From assembly GCA_963674705.1 (NCBI GenBank), contig OY771506.1, positions 3,072,001-3,136,000 of the forward strand: a stretch of DNA of 64,000 nucleotides, written 5' to 3'. The position numbers and the translations under genes were made by a program. The DNA comes from Phycisphaeraceae bacterium (GTDB taxonomy: Bacteria; Planctomycetota; Phycisphaerae; Phycisphaerales; Phycisphaeraceae). Numbering within the stretch: position 1 is the first letter of the stretch; every line of letters begins with the position of its first letter. Positions 17,505 through 26,371 of the stretch are shown in pieces. A model generated the notes under the pieces. It worked only from the letters and a program-made list of their open reading frames with translations, had not been told where the DNA came from and ran no database searches.

Positions 17505-18641
17505 TTACTCCGATTTAATCCCGGACAGCACACCGTCCTCAACACTCGACAGCGCGCGGTCAAGCACGGTAAATGCTGCTCCCATCGCAACGCCGTGATC
17601 CCCCAGTTCCGAGGCCAATACAGGGATATGCCGATCGGGTACCGGTACGAGACCCCTATTCAATTCCGATTCAATTAGGTCGAACAACCTTTTGTTACAG
17701 AATGCAGTATTACTGCCGATGATCACGGCTTCCGGATCGAACAAGTCGCAAAGAATGGCGAGCGTGCGACCCGTTCCGATGGCAAGTTTGTGCAGACCCT
17801 CAGTCATGTCTGCTTCGGCCTGTCCCATAAGGAGGACTTCCTCGGCACTGTAACGCTCGACTGACACGATCTCACGCACCAGCTGATGGACTTCACCCGC
17901 GGCGAAGTGGGCGCCACGGTCAAGCTTGCCCCCCACGTAATGCGTTGAGCCGACGCTTATGAAATCGTAAAAACCGCCTACCGCACTGATATGCAGAAGG
18001 ATATAAATAAAGTTCTTCAACGGAACACCGCAGCCGATGCGGCCTTCGGCAACGGCCGCAAAATTGACGTTATTATCCACACGGACATGGGTGTTGAACT
18101 GCTTAGCCAATAAGCTTCCTATCGAATACTTATGTAGCTTGAGCATGGACGAGAACACAACCTGGCCGGTACGCGTGTCCACAATACCGGGGATGCCAAC
18201 ACCCACACCCAGCATCTTGCCTATCGCCTTGTCACGACGCGAACCCCAATCGGTGATGCGATCGCCTAGCGTGCCGAGGATATGGGGCAGATCGTGATCG
18301 ATCTCGAAGTAGTCGTGTTCAAGCACGTTTCCGGCCATGTCCAGGTATGTGATAAAGCCCCAGTCGGTACTGATACCGAGTCCGGCGACCCATCCTCTGC
18401 TGGGATTGACTTCCAGAAGGACCTGTTTTTTGCCGACAGTATTGGACGCACGCTTACCCATGTTGCGGATAATGTTGGATTCCAACAAGTCGCGGACGAT
18501 ATAGGTCATTGTGGACCCGTGCAGACCGGTCATCTCGGTCAATTGCCGGCGTGACAGTGGTCCGTTACGCAGGAGTTGAAGAATCTGCCGACGGCTATGA
18601 AGTGCCGCATTAGTCAGGTTGGATTTGTCGGGTGGCGTCAT
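17505..18641 (-). CDS. ROK-family transcriptional regulator (NagC/XylR-like)
   Basis: N-terminal HTH (LSRRQLTEMTGL), GVGVGIPGIVD, VDNNVN and AGEVH motifs. Confidence 0.9.
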   Translation of the reverse strand: MTPPDKSNLTNAALHSRRQILQLLRNGPLSRRQLTEMTGLHGSTMTYIVRDLLESNIIRNMGKRASNTVGKKQVLLEVNPSRGWVAGLGISTDWGFITYLDMAGNVLEHDYFEIDHDLPHILGTLGDRITDWGSRRDKAIGKMLGVGVGIPGIVDTRTGQVVFSSMLKLHKYSIGSLLAKQFNTHVRVDNNVNFAAVAEGRIGCGVPLKNFIYILLHISAVGGFYDFISVGSTHYVGGKLDRGAHFAAGEVHQLVREIVSVERYSAEEVLLMGQAEADMTEGLHKLAIGTGRTLAILCDLFDPEAVIIGSNTAFCNKRLFDLIESELNRGLVPVPDRHIPVLASELGDHGVAMGAAFTVLDRALSSVEDGVLSGIKSE

Positions 18642-18759
18642 GATCTAATTATTAAAGCAGGCAAAATTACAGTTCACAAAATGTTCCATCGGTCTCTAAC
18701 GTATGAGCAACTGGATGATGTTCATATCACCCGCCATCGCGTAGATCGCACGGCGGTTG

Positions 18760-19584
18760 TTACGGCCTCGGGTCGATCAGGCCGTCCCAACGGATGATGT
18801 CGTAATCGATATCACTTGGTGACTTGCTGTCAACGTGGCTGTCCAGATAGAGAATGTTGCCAGTGCCCCTGTGACGTTCGGGATCGGGGGTGATGCCATC
18901 CAATTCGCCCCCCATCTTTGTCTTGGAGGCGTTATACCACCAAAAAGCATGCTTGCCGTTTTCGGCCGGGGTACTATCTATGTCCATTTTGAGCCGGTGG
19001 CCGTTACTGTCCCAGAACAATGTATAGTTGCTGGCGCCCTTGACTGCGTCGATCTTATCACCCGCCCAAAGCTCGATCGCTTCAAAGCCGCCGCCATACT
19101 GCCCGCCACTGGCAGTAAAGATTGTTTGCCACTGGCCGGTGGTTCTTGGGCTGGCATCCGTATGGCCGGGCCCGAATTCGTTAATGTCGTTGTTGAGCAT
19201 GTAGCTGCCACCGGCCTCGATCGTTTTGACTGCGGGAAGGTCACCTCCGAAAGCGTCCGTGATGGGCTCGGCATCATTGGGGCAGATCAGGGTTGAATCG
19301 GCAAGGTTGCCATTCTCACCTGGTGAGGCAATCTCCGAAGGATACCGATCCGTGAGCAGTCGTGACCAACGCTTGGCCATGGCTGTCCTGACAACAGCCC
19401 GCCGGTCGCTGTCGCCCAACCAAAGCTCATGGGCAATCCCGACCTGCTTGAGCTTGGCCTTACAGACCATGTTCTTGGCACTCTCGCGTGCGGCCCCCAA
19501 AGCAGGCAGCAGGATGCCAACCAACAGTGCAATGATGGATATGACGACCAGTAACTCTATTAATGTAAATGCTTTGCGTGACAT
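18760..19584 (-). CDS. Prepilin-type N-terminal cleavage/methylation protein (DUF1559-like)
   Basis: [15 protein letters not shown] class III signal; C-terminal H-X9-DS variant ([14 protein letters not shown]). Confidence 0.9.
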   Translation of the reverse strand: MSRKAFTLIELLVVISIIALLVGILLPALGAARESAKNMVCKAKLKQVGIAHELWLGDSDRRAVVRTAMAKRWSRLLTDRYPSEIASPGENGNLADSTLICPNDAEPITDAFGGDLPAVKTIEAGGSYMLNNDINEFGPGHTDASPRTTGQWQTIFTASGGQYGGGFEAIELWAGDKIDAVKGASNYTLFWDSNGHRLKMDIDSTPAENGKHAFWWYNASKTKMGGELDGITPDPERHRGTGNILYLDSHVDSKSPSDIDYDIIRWDGLIDPRP

Positions 19585-19686
19585 TTCGGGACACTCCCTG
19601 GTTAATCCTGCCTAGTTCCGTATGTAACCTGACTGACATGGGCTGATATGGTCGGTTCACTCATAGTGCCAAGCCATCTGCATACA

Positions 19687-19774
19687 AGATTAATCGCGAC
19701 CATTCTGCCTGTCAATATTAATTAGTTAATATTAATAAATATTTATTGACGGGAGTGAACGGCCTCACTAAAGT
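19687..19774. promoter_or_regulatory. Back-to-back sigma70 promoters with two AT-rich palindromic operators
   Basis: Minus strand: TTGACA(19715-10)-N17-TAATCT. Plus strand: TTGACG(19746)-N17-TAAAGT(19769). Palindromes at 19714-19733 and 19734-19747. Confidence 0.7.
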
Positions 19775-19781
19775 ACACGCA

Positions 19782-20828
19782 ATGAAAGACATACTTCTAT
19801 TGGGGCTGACCTGCATGCTCATGGTGTCTTGTCAATCTTCTGTATCTGAACGCCAGATCCCGGGAGAATTATCACAAACCATTGTTATTGATGAAATTAA
19901 AGGTGAAACAACCCCATCGGGCATACAGGGAATGTGGGTCTGGAGACCCGACGAGATCAACACCGACCAGGCCCAGGACGAACTCTTGAACTTCTGTGAG
20001 CGATTCGGTTTCAACCGGTTACTCGTGCAGATTCACCAGGTGGATGATCGGTCGCCTGTCTACACGATCAAGTATCCGCGGGAATTGACACGGCTGGTCG
20101 CCCAAGCCACGGAGCGCGGCATCAAGGTTGAGGCGCTGGATGGCGCTAACGACATGGCTTTCGCGGCGAACCAACTCCGATCACTGGAGGGCCTCGATGC
20201 ACTTATTGATCTGAACCAATCGATGCCCGAAGGCAAGCGGTTCATCGGCGTCCACTACGACATCGAGCCCTATACCAGCGACTTCTGGAAGTCCTCTCAG
20301 CACAACCGCGATATTGCGATGTTGGACCTTCTTACATTCTACGTCATGGCAAGGCAGAAGCTCGATGATCGTGGTTCCGGGATGCTTTTGGCGTGCGATA
20401 TTCCCATGTGGTACGACACAAAGACCTCCCCGGACGACAACTGCATCGTCACGTTCAACGGCCAAACCAAGAATCTGCACGAGCATATCCAGGATCTTTG
20501 CGACTACGTCGGTATTATGTCGTACCGACAGAATGCGGTGGGCCCCAACTCGGCATCCGAACATATCGCCGGTGAACTGGCCTACGCGGAGATGATCGGC
20601 AAACAGCTGTGCGCAGCGCTGGAGACGGTCGAACTTAAGGATACGCCCGAGATCAGTTTTTACGGGAAGTCACCGGATGAGTTCTGGCGGCAGGTCACGC
20701 TGCTAGAAGAACAACATGCCCAGAGGCCGGGCTACGCGGGCACGCTATTGCATTGCTACCGAGGCCTACGCAATCTGCTGTTGGATCGCCCTATTCGCCC
20801 TGACGGTTCACCAGCTCATGCCCCATGA
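19782..20828 (+). CDS. Putative lipoprotein, glycoside hydrolase-like TIM-barrel of unknown family
   Basis: Lipobox-like LMVSC; GMWVW, GVHYDIEPY, DYVGIMSYR and ALET motifs. Confidence 0.6.
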   Translation: MKDILLLGLTCMLMVSCQSSVSERQIPGELSQTIVIDEIKGETTPSGIQGMWVWRPDEINTDQAQDELLNFCERFGFNRLLVQIHQVDDRSPVYTIKYPRELTRLVAQATERGIKVEALDGANDMAFAANQLRSLEGLDALIDLNQSMPEGKRFIGVHYDIEPYTSDFWKSSQHNRDIAMLDLLTFYVMARQKLDDRGSGMLLACDIPMWYDTKTSPDDNCIVTFNGQTKNLHEHIQDLCDYVGIMSYRQNAVGPNSASEHIAGELAYAEMIGKQLCAALETVELKDTPEISFYGKSPDEFWRQVTLLEEQHAQRPGYAGTLLHCYRGLRNLLLDRPIRPDGSPAHAP

Positions 20829-20949
20829 AATATCGTCGTCAGACGGAACATTAACCACGCGGGCAACCATTTGTCGTTAAGAAAGCCCGGCAGTGTTGTC
20901 GGACAGAGGTCGATAAACAAGTATCCGGTGGATAGGAGACCACGTAGCC

Positions 20950-21822
20950 ATGCGTTTGACAATACCAATCATGATTGCAATCACCACCACAGCCTTGATA
21001 AACCTTAGCCTTCTCGTGTCTTGCGCGCAGGGTGGTGAACCACAGTATCAGCGGTCGCTGGAGTTCGCGGGCCGGCCCTGGCTTGTCAGAAACAGCGATC
21101 AGTTGGTGGGTCCGGGCCCGAACTTCTTCTCGGATGAACCCAGCCAGGTCTGGGTGGATGATCAGGGGCATTTGCACATGTCGATCAAGCCACAGGACGG
21201 CCAATGGCGGTGCTCTCAGCTGCGATCGGACTGGCCTGTGGGGTACGGCGTCTATGAATTCCATTTGGCCGGCGGCGCTGATCAATTCGATCCCAACGTC
21301 GTGATCGGCCTGTACACGTGGGACAGCAACACATCCAAGACCGACGCCAACAGCGAGATCGACATCGAGATCACGCGTTGGAGTCGCACTGATGAACAAG
21401 CCCCGAACCTTTACTACACCGTGCATCCGGGCTGGGGTCCCGACGGCAAGCATGAGGAACGGGCTGACAAGTTACTGATGTCGCTCGATGGCGAATCGTC
21501 TACCCACATTATCACCTGGCATCCGGACCGGATCACCTGTGCAAGCTACCGGGGGGACTTGCCGGATCCGGACAATCTTATTGCCGAGTGGGTCTTCGAC
21601 GACACCAACCCACCCCGCGTCAAGAAGATCTCTGAGGACCAGACCACCGATCCTGTTTTGATTCCCAGACCAAGCCCGACGACTCACATCCAGATGAACC
21701 TTTGGCTGCATAGTGTGCCGCACGTGCAAGGCGTTCCGCCGACCGATGGCAAGCCCGTGGAAATGATCGTGACCGGGTTCCGGTATACCCCAGCGGAGCA
21801 GGCGGAAATCCCCGAACCGTGA
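20950..21822 (+). CDS. GH16-like secreted glycoside hydrolase
   Basis: EIDIE catalytic motif, GYGVYEF, NVVIGLYTW and MNLW; signal/lipobox LLVSC. Confidence 0.75.
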   Translation: MRLTIPIMIAITTTALINLSLLVSCAQGGEPQYQRSLEFAGRPWLVRNSDQLVGPGPNFFSDEPSQVWVDDQGHLHMSIKPQDGQWRCSQLRSDWPVGYGVYEFHLAGGADQFDPNVVIGLYTWDSNTSKTDANSEIDIEITRWSRTDEQAPNLYYTVHPGWGPDGKHEERADKLLMSLDGESSTHIITWHPDRITCASYRGDLPDPDNLIAEWVFDDTNPPRVKKISEDQTTDPVLIPRPSPTTHIQMNLWLHSVPHVQGVPPTDGKPVEMIVTGFRYTPAEQAEIPEP

Positions 21823-22176
21823 AGTGTCCGTCCTACTAGTGGTGTTCGTCAGAAATCTTGGAACATAACCGTTGATCGAATTCCCGGGATATTGAGCGTA
21901 GTCTGCATTAATGTGCCATGTAATGCTAGGATTTCGAGTACCCGGATAACTTACACACCGTTAGTCGGGGTATACTAGCTGATGCTGAAAGAAGCCGGTA
22001 GCGTAGCCCGGCAGAGGTCGTGTTGGCAATATTGGTTCACAGAAGTACTGATTACTCTCGCTTGACGAGGCCACGTAAGACCTACAGCGACTTGGAAAGC
22101 TTGGCCCGATGATGCCCAGAGACTCACGCTCCATACGGACCAGCTCAAGGTCAAGACCAGAAGCAGCGGAATTCAC

Positions 22177-23091
22177 ATGGACTCTGGTATAAAACGTGAG
22201 GGCAGGTCAATCGTTGCGGAAGGACTGATCAAACGGTTCGGCGACCTGATCGCGGTTGACGGAGTCTCGTTTGAACTCCGTGCGGGTGAGACCTTCGGCC
22301 TGCTCGGTCCCAACGGCGCCGGCAAGACGACCACCATCCATATGCTCATCGGGGCGCTCGATCCCGACGGCGGGCGCGTCGTTTTCGACGGGCAGGACAT
22401 GTCCCTCGCCATCCGCCGGCGCATCGGCGTCGCGCCGCAGAGCCTCGCCCTCTACGAGAACATGAGCGGCCAGGGCAACCTCCGATTCTTTGGCTCCCTC
22501 TACGGCCTGGCAGGCTCGCGGCTCAGCGAGCGAGTCGACCTGGCGCTTGAACTCGCCGGTCTCGTCGACCGACGACACGACAGGGTCGCAACCTACTCCG
22601 GCGGCATGAAGCGACGGCTCAATCTCGCCTGTGCCATGGTCCATGGCCCCGACGTCATCTTCCTCGACGAGCCTACCGTCGGCGTCGACCCGCAGTCACG
22701 CAACCACCTCTTCGACGCCATCGAGCGCCTCAAGGACAACGGGCTCACCGTCCTCTATACCACGCACTACATGGAGGAGGCACAGCGACTCTGCGATCGC
22801 GTCGCTATCATGGATCACGGCAGGATCCTCTCGCTCGACACCGTCGACGCACTCATCGACGCTCACGGCGGTGGCTGGGTTATCCGCGCGGAACTCGCGG
22901 ACATCCCCCCGGACACCGCATCGATCCCTGGCACGCTCGACGGAACCACCCTGCGCATCGAGACCGCCGATCCCTCTCGGACACTCGGCGACCTCGCCGC
23001 CTCCGGCGTTCACCTTACCGATCTCTCGCTCGAGCGACCCGACCTCGAGCGCGTCTTTCTCTCACTCACCGGACGAACACTAAGGGATTGA
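22177..23091 (+). CDS. ABC-2 type exporter ATP-binding subunit
   Basis: GPNGAGKTT, YSGGMKRR, FLDEPT and TTHYMEEA motifs. Confidence 0.95.
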   Translation: MDSGIKREGRSIVAEGLIKRFGDLIAVDGVSFELRAGETFGLLGPNGAGKTTTIHMLIGALDPDGGRVVFDGQDMSLAIRRRIGVAPQSLALYENMSGQGNLRFFGSLYGLAGSRLSERVDLALELAGLVDRRHDRVATYSGGMKRRLNLACAMVHGPDVIFLDEPTVGVDPQSRNHLFDAIERLKDNGLTVLYTTHYMEEAQRLCDRVAIMDHGRILSLDTVDALIDAHGGGWVIRAELADIPPDTASIPGTLDGTTLRIETADPSRTLGDLAASGVHLTDLSLERPDLERVFLSLTGRTLRD

Positions 23092-23097
23092 ACCTCG

Positions 23098-24471
23098 ATG
23101 CTTGCCAATGCCTTTCGCATCGCCGTCAAGGATCTCTCGCTCCTCTGGGGCGACAAGATGGGGCTCTTCTTCGTCCTCGCCTTCCCGCTCATCATGGCGC
23201 TCTTTTTCGGCTCCATCTTTGGCGGCGGCGGCGGCGGAACTACCGAGATGGGCATCGCCGTCGTCGACCTCGACGGCTCCGAGGCCTCGCACGACTTCGC
23301 ACGCCTCCTTGACGAGTCCAATTCGCTGTGGGTTTGGTCACCCACCGAACCTGACACCGACGTACCTGTCGAGGTCACCGAGGAACTCGCGCGCCGAAAG
23401 GTCCGCGCCGGCGAGCTTACCGCTTATATAGTCCTGCCGGAGGGCTATGGGGGCGATGGCCCGTTCGCCGGGTTCGGCGCGGAGATCCGCGTCGGCATCG
23501 ATCCCTCCCGCCAAGCCGAGGCCGGATACCTCCGGGGCCTGCTCATGGAGGCCTCGTTCCGACGTTTCCAGGACCTGTTCACCAACCCCGATGCCATGGC
23601 CGAAGAAATCGACAAACTCATCACAGACGTCGACGAGTGGAACGTCGATCCCGCCCAGAAGACGGTCTTCAAGGGTTTCTTCGGCGCGTGGAAGGACTTC
23701 TTGCAGAAAGTCGATCCCGATGTCTATGGCCAGAGCCCCGGCAACGCCGGGGCGGCCGATGACCAGCTACTGGATGCAGGAACGGGTGCGGCAGAAGATG
23801 AAAACGCGGTGAGGGGAGGCTTCAGTCCCGTCACCATCGAGATCGAGGAAGTCATTCGTGAGGGCAGTAACCCGCGCTCCGCCTTCGAGATCAGCTTCCC
23901 GCAGGCGATGATGTGGGCGGTCATCGGCACATGCGCCACATTCGCAGTCACGCTTGTCCGCGAGCGCAAGGAGGGGACGCTCCTCCGTCTCCGTGTCGCG
24001 CCCCATCCGGCCGGCGTCATCCTCGCCGGCAAGGCGTTCGCGTGCTTCAGCACCTGCGTGGGCTCCCTCGCACTGCTCACCGTCATCGGGCACTTGGTCT
24101 TTGGTATGCGCATCGAAAGCTACGGGCTCTATGCGCTCGGCATCTGCTGTACCGGCGTCTGCTTCGCCGGCATCATGATGGCTATCACCACGCTCGGTAC
24201 GACGGAGGAGGCCGTCGGTGGGGCCGGGTGGGGCGTCCTCATCATCGCCGCCATGCTCGGTGGCGGGATGGTCCCGCTCTTGGTCATGCCGCAGTGGATG
24301 ACCTCACTTAGCATGCTCAGCCCGGTCCGTTGGGCGGTCTTCTCACTGGAGGGCGCCGTCTGGCGCGGCCTCACGTTCGAGCAACTCCTCCCCGCCTACG
24401 CCGTGTTGCTCGGCGTCGGCATCGTCGCCTTCGCCCTCGGTGTCTGGGTCTTCCGTTGGCGCGAGGGCTGA
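23098..24471 (+). CDS. ABC-2 type exporter permease
   Basis: N-terminal TM, large extracytoplasmic loop, ERKEGTLLRL and five C-terminal TMs. Confidence 0.92.
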   Translation: MLANAFRIAVKDLSLLWGDKMGLFFVLAFPLIMALFFGSIFGGGGGGTTEMGIAVVDLDGSEASHDFARLLDESNSLWVWSPTEPDTDVPVEVTEELARRKVRAGELTAYIVLPEGYGGDGPFAGFGAEIRVGIDPSRQAEAGYLRGLLMEASFRRFQDLFTNPDAMAEEIDKLITDVDEWNVDPAQKTVFKGFFGAWKDFLQKVDPDVYGQSPGNAGAADDQLLDAGTGAAEDENAVRGGFSPVTIEIEEVIREGSNPRSAFEISFPQAMMWAVIGTCATFAVTLVRERKEGTLLRLRVAPHPAGVILAGKAFACFSTCVGSLALLTVIGHLVFGMRIESYGLYALGICCTGVCFAGIMMAITTLGTTEEAVGGAGWGVLIIAAMLGGGMVPLLVMPQWMTSLSMLSPVRWAVFSLEGAVWRGLTFEQLLPAYAVLLGVGIVAFALGVWVFRWREG

Positions 24472-24562
24472 GCGCTCCGTCAACATTCTGAATATCTGTT
24501 GGGGTGTGATGGCCCACCAGCTTGTTGTCGCATGATCGAGGCATCTTCAACGGTGTACTGAA

Positions 24563-24731
24563 TCTATGAGCAAGCCTCCCGGCAAGGTACGCTGATCTTT
24601 TGATCAACGACCTCTTATCAAGGAGACTTGTCATGGAATACGTTGGCATGGATGTTCATCTACATACTTCAACGCTGCATATTCTGGATGGACAACCCAC
24701 GGCGCAATGTGCGCCGCAGGCGGGCGATTAG
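24563..24731 (+). mobile_element. IS110/IS1111-type left end with N-terminal transposase stub
   Basis: TCTATGAGCAAGCC at 24563, AGGAG RBS, then ATG 24633 encoding MEYVGMDVHLHTSTLHILD (IS110 YxGxDVH motif) with a stop at 24731. Confidence 0.75.
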
Positions 24732-24823
24732 TTTGAGATGATGTTGGTGGCCCACCTATGCAGCGAACACACACGCGCTGGCCTGGCCTTTTACACAGCG
24801 TAGCGCCAATATCATACCGATGC

Positions 24824-25438
24824 TCAATCCGAGACACCGACACAGACCGACCAACTCTCAGCCCACTCCTTACGCAGTTGAGACAACCGGGCAGGGCTGA
24901 TCCCGAAACGCTTGGCTACACGCTTCGCCATCTCACCGGCCGCAAGCGACTCGATCATCTGCCGGTCGCGGGTCTGCAATGAAGCCAGCCAGCGCCCGCC
25001 ATCAACCCGGAGTGCTACTTGTTCTGGGATGGGTGTCTCCCGGTCTGCGACCGCCTCGTGCAGCCAGCCGGAATCGTGTGTGTCATCAGCAGATTCAGCA
25101 TCCAGACTCTGCACACTTCGGCCATGACGCCTACGCCCCAGGTCTGACATGATGTCACGGCCGGCTTGCGAGTTACCTACACGACGACCCGCAACTACGT
25201 GCTTCACCGCATTGCGTGCGAAACCAATGGTGCCGATTAGTTTGAGTCGGCCACGCCGCTTCATGGAGAGGTATGCCTGGAAGCCGGCGGCGATCGCTTC
25301 AGCCACGGCGTCTTCACGCTGTTCAGGGCGCAGATAGGCGAAGCGTCTTCGGGCCATATGCGAGACACGGGGCATCACGGCTAAGAATGAGTTGTGTTCG
25401 TCGGTTGAAGAGGAAATATTTGTTGTGATTGTGGTCAT
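24824..25438 (-). CDS. Sigma-70-like HTH DNA-binding protein of a type seen in planctomycete mobile elements
   Basis: REDAVAEAIA region-2-like helix and C-terminal AKRFGISPARLSQLR HTH; AAGGAG RBS before the ATG at 25438. Confidence 0.7.
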   Translation of the reverse strand: MTTITTNISSSTDEHNSFLAVMPRVSHMARRRFAYLRPEQREDAVAEAIAAGFQAYLSMKRRGRLKLIGTIGFARNAVKHVVAGRRVGNSQAGRDIMSDLGRRRHGRSVQSLDAESADDTHDSGWLHEAVADRETPIPEQVALRVDGGRWLASLQTRDRQMIESLAAGEMAKRVAKRFGISPARLSQLRKEWAESWSVCVGVSD

Positions 25439-25500
25439 GGGGACGCTCCTTAAAGAGACCGTCCCCATGCCGGAGACGGTCGTTGTTGAAAACGACCGCC
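25436..25500 (-). promoter_or_regulatory. Four-segment alternative-hairpin leader sequestering the start codon
   Basis: Three 10-bp pairings, A:B, B:C and C:D. B:C excludes the other two, and D contains the AUG. Confidence 0.65.
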
Positions 25501-25799
25501 CCGGTACGTGCGGGGCGTGCACAAGATTGATGATGTGGATTAGCCGGCGGTATATAACCGCTAATGATTAGGTGTAGGTGAATGACAAAGCCTCACCAAT
25601 ATCGACGATGTGGGAGCGGGGCTTTGGTCGATGGGGAAGGGCTATACCGAGATTTTAATTGTGCGACGGCACGATGAGAACGACCCGTCAATAGACGCTG
25701 GGCGGAGCAAATGGCTCGCGCCGCGGCAAGGGATCGCTTGGGTGACTTGTCACCGATGGTTAAGATCCTCACTATATAATGGCACGTTTTTGAAGATAA

Positions 25800-25958
25800 T
25801 TAAGCACCGGGGCTGACCAAATAGAGCGGTGCCAGCAAGAACCGCTTGCCGGAACCATCACAGATGGTTCCATATTCAGAGAGCTCCACTTTGAAAGCGC
25901 GTTCATACCGCCGTATGCGTTGCCGAAGCTTAGCCGGCTCTTTGGGTAACTCGTACAT
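25800..25958 (-). pseudogene. Probable truncated conserved hypothetical gene
   Basis: MYELPKEPAKLRQRIRRYERAFK...DGSGKRFLLAPLYL ends abruptly after 52 codons. Confidence 0.4.
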
Positions 25959-26294
25959 CAAGCTTGATCCGTCGTCTGATGAGCCTTCATCATAACCTGG
26001 TGGCATGTAGCCTAGCCGACACTGATTACAGGTGGCGAGTACTCGTACACCCAAGTGCAGAATGTCGTAGTAGATAGCACGGCTTAAGGCCTTGCATGTC
26101 CGGCGTTCGCTGACGCTGTCGTGCACCAAACGACGTACCTTCTCCATTGATTAGAGGGCTGAGGACGCCTGCTAATTGCCTGCATAAGTCGAAAAGTGTA
26201 AAAAATAGCAGGCAATTCTGATATAACATAAGCATTTAATATAAAGGTAATTATGGCAATAAAATAATGTTGAACAAGGCCTGTCACGGGCATT

Positions 26295-26321
26295 AGCTCC
26301 CTTCTGCGGGGAGCTTTTTTT
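26295..26321 (+). terminator. Intrinsic terminator
   Basis: AGCTCCC-loop-GGGAGCT followed by a T-run. Confidence 0.7.
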
Positions 26322-26371
26322 ATGGCATAATGTCATCTCAACTGGTCTTGCAGCCCTGATGATCTCGTAAC

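Noticed and set aside
18695..18765. TAAC...GTTA segment after the prepilin stop as an attC site
   Set aside because: It folds into two small separate hairpins rather than one long attC stem.
25960..26370. tRNA or tmRNA as the island attachment site, or a known riboswitch
   Set aside because: No cloverleaf, T-loop GTTCRA or CCA end, and no recognisable aptamer consensus by eye.
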